36,256 nt of DNA from assembly GCA_034408725.1 (NCBI GenBank), contig JAWXCN010000129.1:1-36256 (forward strand). The letters run 5' to 3'. Positions 18,178 to 28,171 of the stretch are shown here, in pieces (positions within the stretch are counted from its first letter, which is position 1; every line of letters starts with the position of its first letter). The DNA comes from Candidatus Hydrogenedentota bacterium. Lineage in GTDB: Bacteria > Hydrogenedentota > Hydrogenedentia > Hydrogenedentales > SLHB01. Under the pieces are notes generated by a model. It was not told where the DNA came from and searched no databases. It saw nothing but the letters and a program-made list of their open reading frames with translations. The translations under genes were made by a program, and so were the position numbers.

Positions 18178-20076
18178 GTGGCAACACTAACGAACCCATC
18201 TGGCTCTGCTGGTGCAGACGGGGGGTACAAGACTTTTGGGCAAAGCCTGGTTGCCCGTGGAATTGTAACCCAGAAGCAACTGGACGAAGCTGTTCACAAG
18301 CAACAGACTTCGATGAGCCACCGCAAGTTGGGCGAAATCCTCGTCCGCCTTGGTTACATCAGCAAAAGTCATATAGCCGAGGGTCTTGCCCATCAATTGG
18401 GGATTCCGATCATTCGGCTTTCGGACCGTGAAATTCCCGAACGCATCCGCAACCTCGTTGATCCCGCGATTGCGACGCTGTACAAGGTCGTCCCGATTGG
18501 TGAGGAGAACGGCGATCTGCTTTTGGCGACAGCCGATCCGACCAACGTGCAAACGATTGACAATCTCGAACGTTTACTGGATCGCCGGGTAGTGCCCCAG
18601 TTGACCACCCCAGAAGAGATTACGGTATCGCTCGCGAAATACTACAACCTGAACGAGAAGACGGTCGAGTCCATGCTGTCTACCGTCAGCAGCGCGAGCA
18701 CCCTGAGCACCTTGAGCACCATGTCCAACGTCAGTTCGCTGGCGTCCTCAATGAGCAGCATGGGCAGCAACGTGTCCGGCAGCGAAATGAGCATGAGCAG
18801 CATTTCGATGGACAGCATGGATTTGGACCAGAGCATATCCGTGCCGAAGTCCGCGGGCGGCGTTGTTACGGACGACGACGAGGACAGCGACAGCCCGGTC
18901 GTGCGCTACATCAATCATCTCGTGCTCGAAGCTTTCCGGTTGCGCGCGAGCGATATTCACGTGGAGCCCGGCAAGCGGGACGTAAAGGTGCGGTACCGCA
19001 TTGATGGTCTTCTCCATTTGATGCCGACACCGCCCAAACGCGCGCAACCCTCGATCATTTCGCGCCTGAAAATCATGTCGGGCATGGACATCTCCGAGCG
19101 GCGCATCCCGCAGGACGGTCGCATCAAGATTGCGCTTGGCGGCAAGATGGTGGACTTGCGCGTGAGCTGTCTTCCGGCAGTTCATGGTGAAAGCATGGTC
19201 ATGCGAATCCTGGACAAGAGTGCTTTGCTGCTTGGCCTTGGCCAATTGGGATTTGCGCCAGACGACCAAAAGAATTGGGAAGACCTGCTCAGCCAGGCGA
19301 CGGGCGTGGTGCTCGTGACGGGCCCGACAGGTTCTGGTAAGACCACGACGCTCTATGCTTCGTTGCACCAGCTCAACCAGCCCGACGCCAAGCTGATCAC
19401 CGTGGAAGACCCCGTAGAATACCAGTTGCGCGGCATCAACCAGGTGCAGATCAACCACGATATTGGCTGGAACTTTTCGCGCGCGTTGCGCGCTATTTTC
19501 CGCCAGGACCCTGACATTGTGATGGTCGGTGAAATTCGTGACAAGGAAACGGCGGAGATCGCCATCAAGGCGGCGCTGACGGGTCACCTGGTGTTCTCTA
19601 CGTTGCACACCAACGACGCGCCCAGCGCGATTATCCGTCTGGTGGACATTGGCATCAAACCGTTCCTGGTGGCGTCTGGCGTGCGCGCGGTATTGGCGCA
19701 ACGCCTGGTGCGGACGATTTGCACGGCATGCAAAGAAGTGTACAAGCCGGTGGACCTCGAAAAAGATCGGCTGGGGCTCAAAGTAGACTGGAACAAAGCC
19801 GAAGTGTTTCATGGCCGCGGTTGCGACAACTGCAACAACACCGGTTATTCCGGGCGTGTCGGTGTTTATGAGTTGATGCTGGTCACCGATGAACTGCGGC
19901 ACATGATCATGGACGGCGCGCCGTCAGGTCCCTTGCGCCGGCACGCGCGCCTTGGCGGCATGACGACCATGCGCGATGACGCGTGGCGCAAGGCATTGAA
20001 CGGAATCACGACGGTCGAGGAAATCAACCGGGTAACGGCTATCAACGAGCCGCTGGATCGCACGGCTACCGCGTAG
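18178..20076 (+). CDS. pilB: PilB/GspE-family extension ATPase 1 with Ser/Met-rich linker
   Basis: MshEN-like N-terminus ([13 protein letters not shown]), [47 protein letters not shown]; directly upstream of pilT. Confidence 0.88.
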   Translation: MATLTNPSGSAGADGGYKTFGQSLVARGIVTQKQLDEAVHKQQTSMSHRKLGEILVRLGYISKSHIAEGLAHQLGIPIIRLSDREIPERIRNLVDPAIATLYKVVPIGEENGDLLLATADPTNVQTIDNLERLLDRRVVPQLTTPEEITVSLAKYYNLNEKTVESMLSTVSSASTLSTLSTMSNVSSLASSMSSMGSNVSGSEMSMSSISMDSMDLDQSISVPKSAGGVVTDDDEDSDSPVVRYINHLVLEAFRLRASDIHVEPGKRDVKVRYRIDGLLHLMPTPPKRAQPSIISRLKIMSGMDISERRIPQDGRIKIALGGKMVDLRVSCLPAVHGESMVMRILDKSALLLGLGQLGFAPDDQKNWEDLLSQATGVVLVTGPTGSGKTTTLYASLHQLNQPDAKLITVEDPVEYQLRGINQVQINHDIGWNFSRALRAIFRQDPDIVMVGEIRDKETAEIAIKAALTGHLVFSTLHTNDAPSAIIRLVDIGIKPFLVASGVRAVLAQRLVRTICTACKEVYKPVDLEKDRLGLKVDWNKAEVFHGRGCDNCNNTGYSGRVGVYELMLVTDELRHMIMDGAPSGPLRRHARLGGMTTMRDDAWRKALNGITTVEEINRVTAINEPLDRTATA

Positions 20077-20099
20077 CCGGAGCCGAAGGAGTTTCGCGA

Positions 20100-21218
20100 A
20101 TGGCGTATGAGATGGTGAGCTTGCTGCGGATGCTAATCGACCGCGACGGTTCCGACCTGCATCTCGCGGTCGAGAACCCGCCCGTGGGCCGAGTTCATGG
20201 GCATCTTCAGTATTTCGGCGAGGACCCGCTCTCTCCGGACGACACCGAGCGCCTCATGAAATCCATCGCTTCCGTGGATAACCAGCAGGAACTTCAGGAA
20301 GTTGGCGGGTCCGATTTTGGGTTTGCGTTTGAAGACATCGCGCGGTTCCGCGTTTCGATTTTCAAGCAGAAAGGATTTGTGGGTCTGGTGCTGCGCCTCA
20401 TTCCGCGCAAGATTCTGACCTTCGACGAAATCGGTCTGCCCAAGAGCCTGCAACCGATCATCACCCAGCCGCGCGGAATGATCCTGGTCACGGGCCCGAC
20501 GGGTTCGGGAAAAAGCACCAGCCTTGCGACCATGATCGACTGGGTCAACACAAATTTCGACCATCACATCATTACCATTGAAGACCCGGTTGAATATTAC
20601 CACTCGCACAAGCGCAGCATCATCACCCAGCGCGAAGTCGGCGTGGACGTGCCGACGTTCGCCGAGGCGTTGCGCCGCGCGCTGCGCCAGGACCCCGACA
20701 TTATTCTGGTCGGTGAAATGCGAGACCTGGAAACGATCAGCGCGGCGGTGACGGCGGCGGAAACCGGCCACCTGGTGTTTGGCACGCTGCACACCACGGG
20801 CGCGGTGCGCACCATCGACCGTCTAGTCGACGCGTTTCCGACGAACCAGCAGGAGCAGATTCGCACGCAGCTTGCGGGTAACCTCAAGGCGATTATCTCG
20901 CAAAACCTGGTTCCGCGGAAGAGCGGCTTTGGCCGTGTAGCCGCGTTCGAAATCATGATCACGACCTCCGCCATTCAGAACCTGATTCGCGAGAACAAGT
21001 CGTACCGCATTACCTCCGCCATTCAGACCGGTCACAAGTACGGCATGAACCTGCTCGATGAGCATCTGCTGGCGTTGTTCCGCAAGGGCATCATCAAATA
21101 CGAAGACGCGCTCGCGAAATGCCAGATGCCGGACGATTTCGAGGCGAACGCCCGCGCGTTGGCGCCTGATGGCGAGAAGATACCCGAAGCCAAAAAAGTA
21201 CAATCGGCGATGCACTGA
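20100..21218 (+). CDS. pilT: Type IV pilus retraction ATPase PilT
   Basis: RBS AAGGAG 20086-20091 before ATG 20100; [61 protein letters not shown] (PilT AIRNLIRE motif); no tetracysteine motif. Confidence 0.95.
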   Translation: MAYEMVSLLRMLIDRDGSDLHLAVENPPVGRVHGHLQYFGEDPLSPDDTERLMKSIASVDNQQELQEVGGSDFGFAFEDIARFRVSIFKQKGFVGLVLRLIPRKILTFDEIGLPKSLQPIITQPRGMILVTGPTGSGKSTSLATMIDWVNTNFDHHIITIEDPVEYYHSHKRSIITQREVGVDVPTFAEALRRALRQDPDIILVGEMRDLETISAAVTAAETGHLVFGTLHTTGAVRTIDRLVDAFPTNQQEQIRTQLAGNLKAIISQNLVPRKSGFGRVAAFEIMITTSAIQNLIRENKSYRITSAIQTGHKYGMNLLDEHLLALFRKGIIKYEDALAKCQMPDDFEANARALAPDGEKIPEAKKVQSAMH

Positions 21219-21239
21219 ACGAAAGCTGTTTAATTCTCA

Positions 21240-22979
21240 ATGGCAACTCTGAAAGAAAGGGCCCTCGGCGACATTCTGGTCGACCAGGGCGTCATCAGCC
21301 CGCTTGAACTCGATGAAGCGCTGCAACGCCAGCGTCTCACGGGCGACATGCTGGGCCGGGTCCTCGTGCGCATGGGCCTGTGCGAGGAGCAGGACGTTAT
21401 CGACGCGCTTGGCATGCAGGCCGGCATGGAGAAGGTGGACGTCACCAAGCTCAAGGTGTCCGACGATATCATCCGCAAGATCGGCCCCGACGTCGCCAAG
21501 TTTTATACCGTGGTGCCCATTCGCGAAAGAGACGGCAAGCTCGTCGTTGCCATGGCCGATCCGCTCAAACTCGACATATTGGACACGATATCCCAGCTTA
21601 CGGGCCAGGAAGTCGTTGGCGCGATCAGCAATCCACACGATGTCGCCGTTTTCATTAAAAACAATTACGCTTTCGAGAGCGAAAACATCGAATCTACGCT
21701 AAAAGACCTCATTGAGCGCCACGGCGACGCCGCGCTCACGCTCGAAGAGCTTGGGCAGCAGGAAATCGTCGGCGACGTCGACAACCTTGTACAGTTGGCG
21801 CAGGAGCCGGAGGTCATCAAGATCGTCAACCTCGTGTTGCTCGACGCCGTGACCAAGCGCGCGTCCGACATTCACTTCGAGGTCTACGAAGCAGATTTTC
21901 GTATTCGTATCCGCATTGACGGCGTGCTGCATGAGATTACGAGTCCGCCTAAGGCGCTTGCGCTCGCGCTGACGTGCCGCGTGAAAATCATGTGCAGCAT
22001 GGACATTGGTGAACGCCGGTTGCCGCAGGACGCGCGCATCGAGTTGAAGATCGGCGACTCCGAAGTGGATATTCGCGTCGCCACGCTTCCGACCTTGTTC
22101 GGTGAAAGCATCGTGATGCGTATTCTGGACCGGACGGCGGTCAAGATTGATATCGAGAAGCTCGGTTTCGAGCCCGTGCAAGTCAAGCAAATCCGGAACT
22201 GCATTGCCCGTCCCAACGGAATTTTTCTTGTGACGGGCCCGACCGGTTCCGGCAAGACGACGACCCTGTACGCCTGTCTCAACGAGTTGAACGAAGTCGG
22301 GGTGAAGATTATCACCACCGAAGACCCGGTCGAATTGAAGATGGACCGCATTGTCCAGGTCCAGGTGCGCGAAGAAGTGGGCCTTACGTTTGCCGCGTGC
22401 CTCCGGTCTATTCTGCGGCAGGACCCCGACATCGTCATGGTCGGTGAAATCCGCGATCTCGAGACCGCGCAGATCGCAATCGAAAGTTCGTTGACCGGTC
22501 ACCTCGTGCTCAGCACGCTGCACACGAACAGCGCGTCAGAAACCATCACGCGCCTGCTCGACATGGAAATTGAACCGTTCCTGATCACGTCCTCACTGAC
22601 CGCCGTGCTCGCACAACGCCTCGTCCGCGTTGTGTGCAGGCACTGCCGCACGTCGTATAAACCGGACGAAGAGGAAATGGAGCTGCTTGGCCTCCCGGAC
22701 GAATACCGCACTGCGACCAATCTGAAGTTTTGGAAGGCGGAGGGTTGCGCCGCGTGCGATTTCATCGGATACATGGGCCGCGTTGGGTTATTTGAGCTGC
22801 TGGTCGTGGACGAGAACCTCTGCGACCTCATTAACCAGCGCGCGATGGCCTTCGAAATTCGCAAGTATTCCCGCAAGACGGGAATGCGCACGCTTCGTGA
22901 AGAAGGCATCATCAAGTGTTTGAAAGGCGTGACCACGACGACCGAAGTGCTCGCGCACACCGACAAGTACGAAGACTAA
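21240..22979 (+). CDS. pilB: PilB/GspE-family extension ATPase 2
   Basis: MshEN-like N-terminus (RALGDILVDQGVI), [47 protein letters not shown]. Confidence 0.9.
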   Translation: MATLKERALGDILVDQGVISPLELDEALQRQRLTGDMLGRVLVRMGLCEEQDVIDALGMQAGMEKVDVTKLKVSDDIIRKIGPDVAKFYTVVPIRERDGKLVVAMADPLKLDILDTISQLTGQEVVGAISNPHDVAVFIKNNYAFESENIESTLKDLIERHGDAALTLEELGQQEIVGDVDNLVQLAQEPEVIKIVNLVLLDAVTKRASDIHFEVYEADFRIRIRIDGVLHEITSPPKALALALTCRVKIMCSMDIGERRLPQDARIELKIGDSEVDIRVATLPTLFGESIVMRILDRTAVKIDIEKLGFEPVQVKQIRNCIARPNGIFLVTGPTGSGKTTTLYACLNELNEVGVKIITTEDPVELKMDRIVQVQVREEVGLTFAACLRSILRQDPDIVMVGEIRDLETAQIAIESSLTGHLVLSTLHTNSASETITRLLDMEIEPFLITSSLTAVLAQRLVRVVCRHCRTSYKPDEEEMELLGLPDEYRTATNLKFWKAEGCAACDFIGYMGRVGLFELLVVDENLCDLINQRAMAFEIRKYSRKTGMRTLREEGIIKCLKGVTTTTEVLAHTDKYED

Positions 22980-23005
22980 CGAAGCTGTGAACAGGAGACG
23001 GCACA

Positions 23006-24244
23006 GTGGCCAAGTACGCATATAAAGCGATGAACCGGGACGGCAAGGAAGTGTTCGGCGTCATTGATTCCGAGACGAACGCGCTGGCGATCAACGACAT
23101 CAAGAACCTGGGCTTGTTTCCGACCGTCGTGCGCGAGGCCACGAAGAGCGACGAGCGCCGCGCGCGCCGCTCCAAGAAGGGCCCGGGCGAATTCTATATG
23201 GGCGGGATCAAGACCAAACATCTGGTCGTGATGACGCGCCAGCTTTCGACGCTGATTGACGCTGGCCTTCCGCTGTTGCGCAGCATCAACATATTGATTG
23301 CGCAACAGAAGGCCTCGAAGCTCAAAGACGTGCTCCGCGAGGTCGCCGGAGACATTCAGGCCGGCTCGACATTCTCCGAAGCCTTGTCGAAACACACGAA
23401 ATACTTCGATCGCCTGTACGTGAACATGGTGCGCGCGGGCGAAGTTGGCGGTATGCTCGAAGTCGTGCTGCAACGTCTCTCCATCTTCATGGAACGCCGC
23501 CAGGCGCTGAAACGCCGCGTAAAAGGCGCGATGATTTATCCCATCGCGGTGCTCTTGATCGCCGGCGGCATTGTATGGTTTCTGCTGACGTACATCGTCC
23601 CCGAGTTCGCGCAGGTGTTCGCGGACTTCGACGCGCAACTGCCCGCGATGACGTTGATGCTCATCGACATTGGAGATTTCTGCCGGTTCAAATGGTGGAT
23701 TGTCGTTTTGTCGATAACGACCAGCATTAACGTGTTGCGGATTCTCGGAAAATTCAAGACCACAAAACGGATCATGGACCGCGTGTGGCTGAAGCTTCCG
23801 CTCATCGGCGACCTGGTGACGAAAGTCGCCGTGGCGCGTTTCGCGCGCACGCTCGGCACCCTGATCACTTCCGGCGTGCCGATTCTGCAATCGCTGAAAA
23901 TCACGAAAGAGACCATCGGCAACGAAGTGATTGAAAACGCGATCATGAAAGTACACGACAGCATCAAGGAAGGCGACACCATCGCCGCGCCATTAGACGA
24001 GTCAAAGGTGTTTCCCGCGATGGTCGTGAACATGATCGACGTCGGCGAGGAAACAGGAAGCCTCGATACGATGTTGTTGAAAGTGGCGGACATTTACGAC
24101 GCCGAAGTCGAGGCGGCGGTCGAAGCCATGTTGCGCCTCATGGAACCCATCATCATCGTGGTGCTGGGCGGCATTATCGGATTTATCGTTATTTCGCTGT
24201 ACCTGCCAATCTTTTCGCTGGCAGACGCGATTAGTGGCCAGTAA
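23006..24244 (+). CDS. pilC: Type IV pilus inner-membrane platform protein PilC
   Basis: RBS AGGAG; TRQLSTLIDAGLPL, YVNMVRAGEVGGML, RFARTLGTLITSGVPIL, VGEETGSLD, MEPIIIV. Confidence 0.93.
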   Translation: MAKYAYKAMNRDGKEVFGVIDSETNALAINDIKNLGLFPTVVREATKSDERRARRSKKGPGEFYMGGIKTKHLVVMTRQLSTLIDAGLPLLRSINILIAQQKASKLKDVLREVAGDIQAGSTFSEALSKHTKYFDRLYVNMVRAGEVGGMLEVVLQRLSIFMERRQALKRRVKGAMIYPIAVLLIAGGIVWFLLTYIVPEFAQVFADFDAQLPAMTLMLIDIGDFCRFKWWIVVLSITTSINVLRILGKFKTTKRIMDRVWLKLPLIGDLVTKVAVARFARTLGTLITSGVPILQSLKITKETIGNEVIENAIMKVHDSIKEGDTIAAPLDESKVFPAMVVNMIDVGEETGSLDTMLLKVADIYDAEVEAAVEAMLRLMEPIIIVVLGGIIGFIVISLYLPIFSLADAISGQ

Positions 24245-24296
24245 AAGCAGCGGCGCGCGCTCGGATGCGCCCCGCGGCCGATAGGAGAAAGACGTC

Positions 24297-25085
24297 ATGA
24301 AACCGAAGTCAGGATTTACGCTGGTTGAATTGCTGGTGGTCATAGCGATCATCGCGATCCTCGCCGGTATCGTAATTCCGAACGTGCCGAAGTACATCAA
24401 TAAAGCCCGCGCGACGCGCGCGTTCGCGGAAATCAAGGGCATCGATCTCGCCACGACGAAGATGCTGACCGACGTGAACCGCACCGATTTCAAAAGCGGC
24501 TTTTTCGATGCCTGGCCCGCGGGCGGGAACCTGGTCGATCAGTTGGAGATGTACCAGACCACGTTTTACCTGCTGCTGCGCAAAGGCAAGTATGCCGACT
24601 CCGACGTCGAATGGAACAGCGGCATAGCGTTGAACCCCGAGGTCAAACGCAAACTTGGCGACAGTTACATGGACCTTCAGAAGGACCCGTGGGGCAATCT
24701 CTACTATGTCGTTCCGGGTCCGTTTAACTACCCGGAATACCGCAATACCGACGGTCAATACAGCGTACAGTTCCGCATATATCAGCCGGACCTTTCCGTG
24801 CCCGGCGGCGTGACGAGCGACGTGAGCTGGAACGTCGACGGCGTCACACTCGTTACCGATCCCGACGATCCGAACGCCGAACAGTTCAATGTCGGCTACC
24901 CCGCGTCGCGCAAACAGATCACGTATGTCTGGTCGACCGGCAAGAACCGCAGATCGAACCAGCAGTTTGACGATGGGTACGACCCCAGCGTCGATGCGGC
25001 GGAAGTCGGCCTTGATTTCAAGGGCGGCGGCGACGACATCAACAATTGGGACGGCGATTCGAGCTGGGTGACGTTTTACAACTAA
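24297..25085 (+). CDS. Type IV pilin, probable major subunit, with GspG-like C-terminal motifs
   Basis: RBS AGGAG 24283-24287; short leader MKPKSG|FTLVELLVVIAIIAILA; KDPWGNLY, VWSTGKN, GGGDDINNW. Confidence 0.8.
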   Translation: MKPKSGFTLVELLVVIAIIAILAGIVIPNVPKYINKARATRAFAEIKGIDLATTKMLTDVNRTDFKSGFFDAWPAGGNLVDQLEMYQTTFYLLLRKGKYADSDVEWNSGIALNPEVKRKLGDSYMDLQKDPWGNLYYVVPGPFNYPEYRNTDGQYSVQFRIYQPDLSVPGGVTSDVSWNVDGVTLVTDPDDPNAEQFNVGYPASRKQITYVWSTGKNRRSNQQFDDGYDPSVDAAEVGLDFKGGGDDINNWDGDSSWVTFYN

Positions 25086-25151
25086 ATCCGCATGCGCTCC
25101 GTGCCCGGTGCGGCGCGCGGCATGACAAGTGGTAAGAGACGAATTGACACT

Positions 25152-26024
25152 ATGAACACGCGGCGTAATAAGACGCTCGGTTATACCTTAACCGAACTGC
25201 TCGTCTCGCTTGCGATCATCGCGACGGTTTCCGGTCTGGCGCTTCCCGCGATCATCAAGATCGGCGGATTCCTGAGCAGCGGGAACGGTGAAGCCGCGCG
25301 CGAATTGTATGGCGTGTTACGCGCCGCGCGCGTGTACTCGATCACGTTTCGCGTGGACACCGCGGTCGTCTATACCGTGACTGGCCACAAAGACTCGATG
25401 GACGGCGAATGGTCGTATGTGTTGGACGGTTTCGGAATGGCGCGCCGCGCGAACCGGGATGAACTGCGCTCACTCGCTTTCTCGGGCGCTTCGGAAGCTG
25501 AAATCAATTCCGCGTTCATTCCCGTGCAAACCTTCGAAGGGCGGTTCCAGCGAATGCCGCGGGGCACCTGCGTCACTGGCCACGCCGATGCGCAGGTCGG
25601 GCTGAATGCCGATGGCACCGTCTTTGAGTTGCCGCCGCAACTTCCCAGCGATTTCCGGCTCGACGTGCCCGAAAAAGGCATGATCGAGGTGTATCTGTAT
25701 CAGTATGACGACGATATTGAGACGTGGCAGGGCGTGCCATACGTCAGCAATCCGAACGAACCTGATCTCACGCGGTTGCCGATGCACGTCGTGGATTCCC
25801 AGGTCCACAGTTACCCCGCGCACGTGTTCACCGCCAACGGCGACATGCTCGCTTCCGACGATTCGCCCGCGGCGCGCTTTGTCTTGAACGTTGGCCCCGC
25901 GCCGGACGCGCCGTTGGACAATCGATTCACGATATTGCCCGAAGAGGTGGGCGGCCCGGTAATGGCCGCGCCGGTCCGGATTGAGTTGTTCCGGACGACG
26001 GGGCGCGTGAAGATTACATCCTAG
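25152..26024 (+). CDS. Minor pilin, FimT/GspH-like
   Basis: G|YTLTELLVSLAIIA; AARELYGVLRAARVYSI helix; FTANG and C-terminal IELFRTTGRVKI. Start at 25152 preferred for the short leader. Confidence 0.8.
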   Translation: MNTRRNKTLGYTLTELLVSLAIIATVSGLALPAIIKIGGFLSSGNGEAARELYGVLRAARVYSITFRVDTAVVYTVTGHKDSMDGEWSYVLDGFGMARRANRDELRSLAFSGASEAEINSAFIPVQTFEGRFQRMPRGTCVTGHADAQVGLNADGTVFELPPQLPSDFRLDVPEKGMIEVYLYQYDDDIETWQGVPYVSNPNEPDLTRLPMHVVDSQVHSYPAHVFTANGDMLASDDSPAARFVLNVGPAPDAPLDNRFTILPEEVGGPVMAAPVRIELFRTTGRVKITS

Positions 26025-26036
26025 GAGTATCAAGCA

Positions 26037-26471
26037 GTGTTTATGCAGTTACGAAAAAAAGAAGGGTTCTCCCCGGTTGAAGTATTGATCGCGATGGCCA
26101 TTCTCGCCATCGGCATCATCGCCGTGGTGCGCCTGTTTCCCTCTGGTCTTGCATTTTCCCGCATCGCCCAGGAACGGTCCATCGCGGCCGAGCTTGCGCA
26201 GAACAATCTGTCGCGCATGCGCATGGCCGGCGCGAGCAACCTGCTCGGCGTGGCCCAGGCGGGCGCGCTGTACGGGTTCAACTCGGCGGCCAGCTCCTAT
26301 GGGCTCGGCATTGGCGGTCGCAACGACGTGGGCAATATTGTCGGCGGATACGCATCTTCCGTTCGCCGCGTCAACGGCGCGGGTGAACAGGCGTTGGTGC
26401 GCGTTACCTTCACCGTGGACATGCCCGACGGCCGGCGCGAAAATTTCGTGACCTATCTCACGGACTATTAA
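26037..26471 (+). CDS. Minor pilin, PilV/GspI-like
   Basis: RBS AGGAG; G|FSPVEVLIAMAILAIGIIAVVRLFP; LVRVTFTV strand. Confidence 0.8.
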   Translation: MFMQLRKKEGFSPVEVLIAMAILAIGIIAVVRLFPSGLAFSRIAQERSIAAELAQNNLSRMRMAGASNLLGVAQAGALYGFNSAASSYGLGIGGRNDVGNIVGGYASSVRRVNGAGEQALVRVTFTVDMPDGRRENFVTYLTDY

Positions 26472-26492
26472 TTCGTGCAGACGGCGCGCCCC

Positions 26493-28043
26493 ATGAAGAC
26501 ACGAATACAAGACGGGTTCACGCTCACCGAGCTGCTCGTCGCTACGGCGATCTTCACCATTTTGATGTCGGCGATTGCCGCGCTGTTTGTCTCGAGCCTT
26601 CACGCCGTCCGCGCGGGCTACCAGTCACAGGAGGCGTTTGAAACTGCGCGCGGCGCGTTCAACGTCATCGAGCGCGATCTCACGACCGTTTTCACCTCGC
26701 GCGATTTCGGCCAGCATTACCAGTTCTACGGCAACGAATACGGCATGACGATGGTCGGCCTTATCCGGTCGCGCGACGGTTCCGGCCGCGAATACTCGCG
26801 CATTGGCCGCATCACCTATGTCATCTATCCCGTTGTTATTGCGCGCTGGGACACAGCGGCCAACCAGCACAACTTTTTTGTCACTGAACCTTTCGCATAC
26901 GAATACGCGCGCCGCATGGGCATCACCGACGTGGGCCTTTCCAACGATGGGCTGTACAAAACGCGCGGCGTCCGGTTCACCGGCTATACCGAGTCATCCG
27001 ATGTCGGTGATTCGGAAATTTGCGTCGCGGCGCTTGTGCGCTACGTCGAGCCCGGCGTATCCGATCTGGACACGTTTCCCTTCGAGTGGAATGAGCTCGC
27101 GGATGAATATCTGGCCAATCCCGAATATCCGCCCTCGGGCAGCGGCCTTACCATTCGCGAACACCTCGATGATTCACTCGAAATAGCTTCCGTCAATCCT
27201 TCCACGGACACCCGCGTGCTCGCGCGGCTTGACAATGCGCGTGAACAGATGTTCGCGGCAAAAAAACGCGACCTCTGGCTGCGCATGCTTTCGTGCCAGG
27301 AGTTCTGGATTCCGCAATTGAACACGGGCCTCGCCGTGCTTCCCAATCCGTGGGGCCGCCTGGACCCGAATGACGCCAGTAGCACGATTGAACACTGTTG
27401 GCTATTGGGCGGCCCCAGCGCGCCCAACGGCGCAGTCATTGATCCCCGCGACTTCGTGGTCGCGGAAACGCTTGGCGTACACACGCCTCAGGGTGATTTC
27501 GGATTTCCCATGCGTCCTTATCGCGTGAACCCGCCGTTCGTGCCGTTTTTTGAATTCGGACGGGTGAACGCCGACACCGTGCCCGATCTCATGCCGATGT
27601 GGGGCGCGAACCGTTTCGCATACCTGAGTATCCCGGACGGCGTTGACAACGATAACGACGGGACAATCGACGAGAACGACGAGATATTCACGGTTGATGG
27701 CCTTGACAACGACGGGGACGGGCTCTTCGACGAAGTCGACGAGCGCGTCGTCGCGCCGCGCATCGATCAGCTCAATCCGAACCAGTTGATCAATATTCTT
27801 GCGATTGACGGGCTGGACAACGATTACGACGGCGTAATCGACGAAGCCGGTGAGACGGTGGAAAACAACCTCGCCTTCGGATCGCCGTTGCTGCCGCGGT
27901 TGCCGGAAGCGGTGATGGTGCGCCTGCCGATGGTGTATCCGCCGTCGCATTCCGGGGCGCCCGTGTTCGAGCGCAATTTGGAACAGTTAATCGACGTGCC
28001 GACCGCGTACACGCGGTCGAAACTGGCCTACGAAGGTCCCTAA
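26493..28043 (+). CDS. Minor pilin, PilW/GspJ-like, with three DGxDNDxDG repeats
   Basis: G|FTLTELLVATAIF; ARGAFNVIERDL; RLPEAVMVRL near the C-terminus; DGVDNDNDGTIDE, DGLDNDGDGLFDE, DGLDNDYDGVIDE. Start 26493 or 26475. Confidence 0.8.
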   Translation: MKTRIQDGFTLTELLVATAIFTILMSAIAALFVSSLHAVRAGYQSQEAFETARGAFNVIERDLTTVFTSRDFGQHYQFYGNEYGMTMVGLIRSRDGSGREYSRIGRITYVIYPVVIARWDTAANQHNFFVTEPFAYEYARRMGITDVGLSNDGLYKTRGVRFTGYTESSDVGDSEICVAALVRYVEPGVSDLDTFPFEWNELADEYLANPEYPPSGSGLTIREHLDDSLEIASVNPSTDTRVLARLDNAREQMFAAKKRDLWLRMLSCQEFWIPQLNTGLAVLPNPWGRLDPNDASSTIEHCWLLGGPSAPNGAVIDPRDFVVAETLGVHTPQGDFGFPMRPYRVNPPFVPFFEFGRVNADTVPDLMPMWGANRFAYLSIPDGVDNDNDGTIDENDEIFTVDGLDNDGDGLFDEVDERVVAPRIDQLNPNQLINILAIDGLDNDYDGVIDEAGETVENNLAFGSPLLPRLPEAVMVRLPMVYPPSHSGAPVFERNLEQLIDVPTAYTRSKLAYEGP

Positions 28044-28171
28044 CAGCTCGGTGGTTTTTGGGCTGGTCCGCGCGCGGCAAACGCGCGGGGCCGGATAGCG
28101 AGGCTGGCGTTACGGGGCGCCAGCCCCCGGAGATTGCTCCGGTGAAACTGGGCACAGAGCAAGGATTGCGA

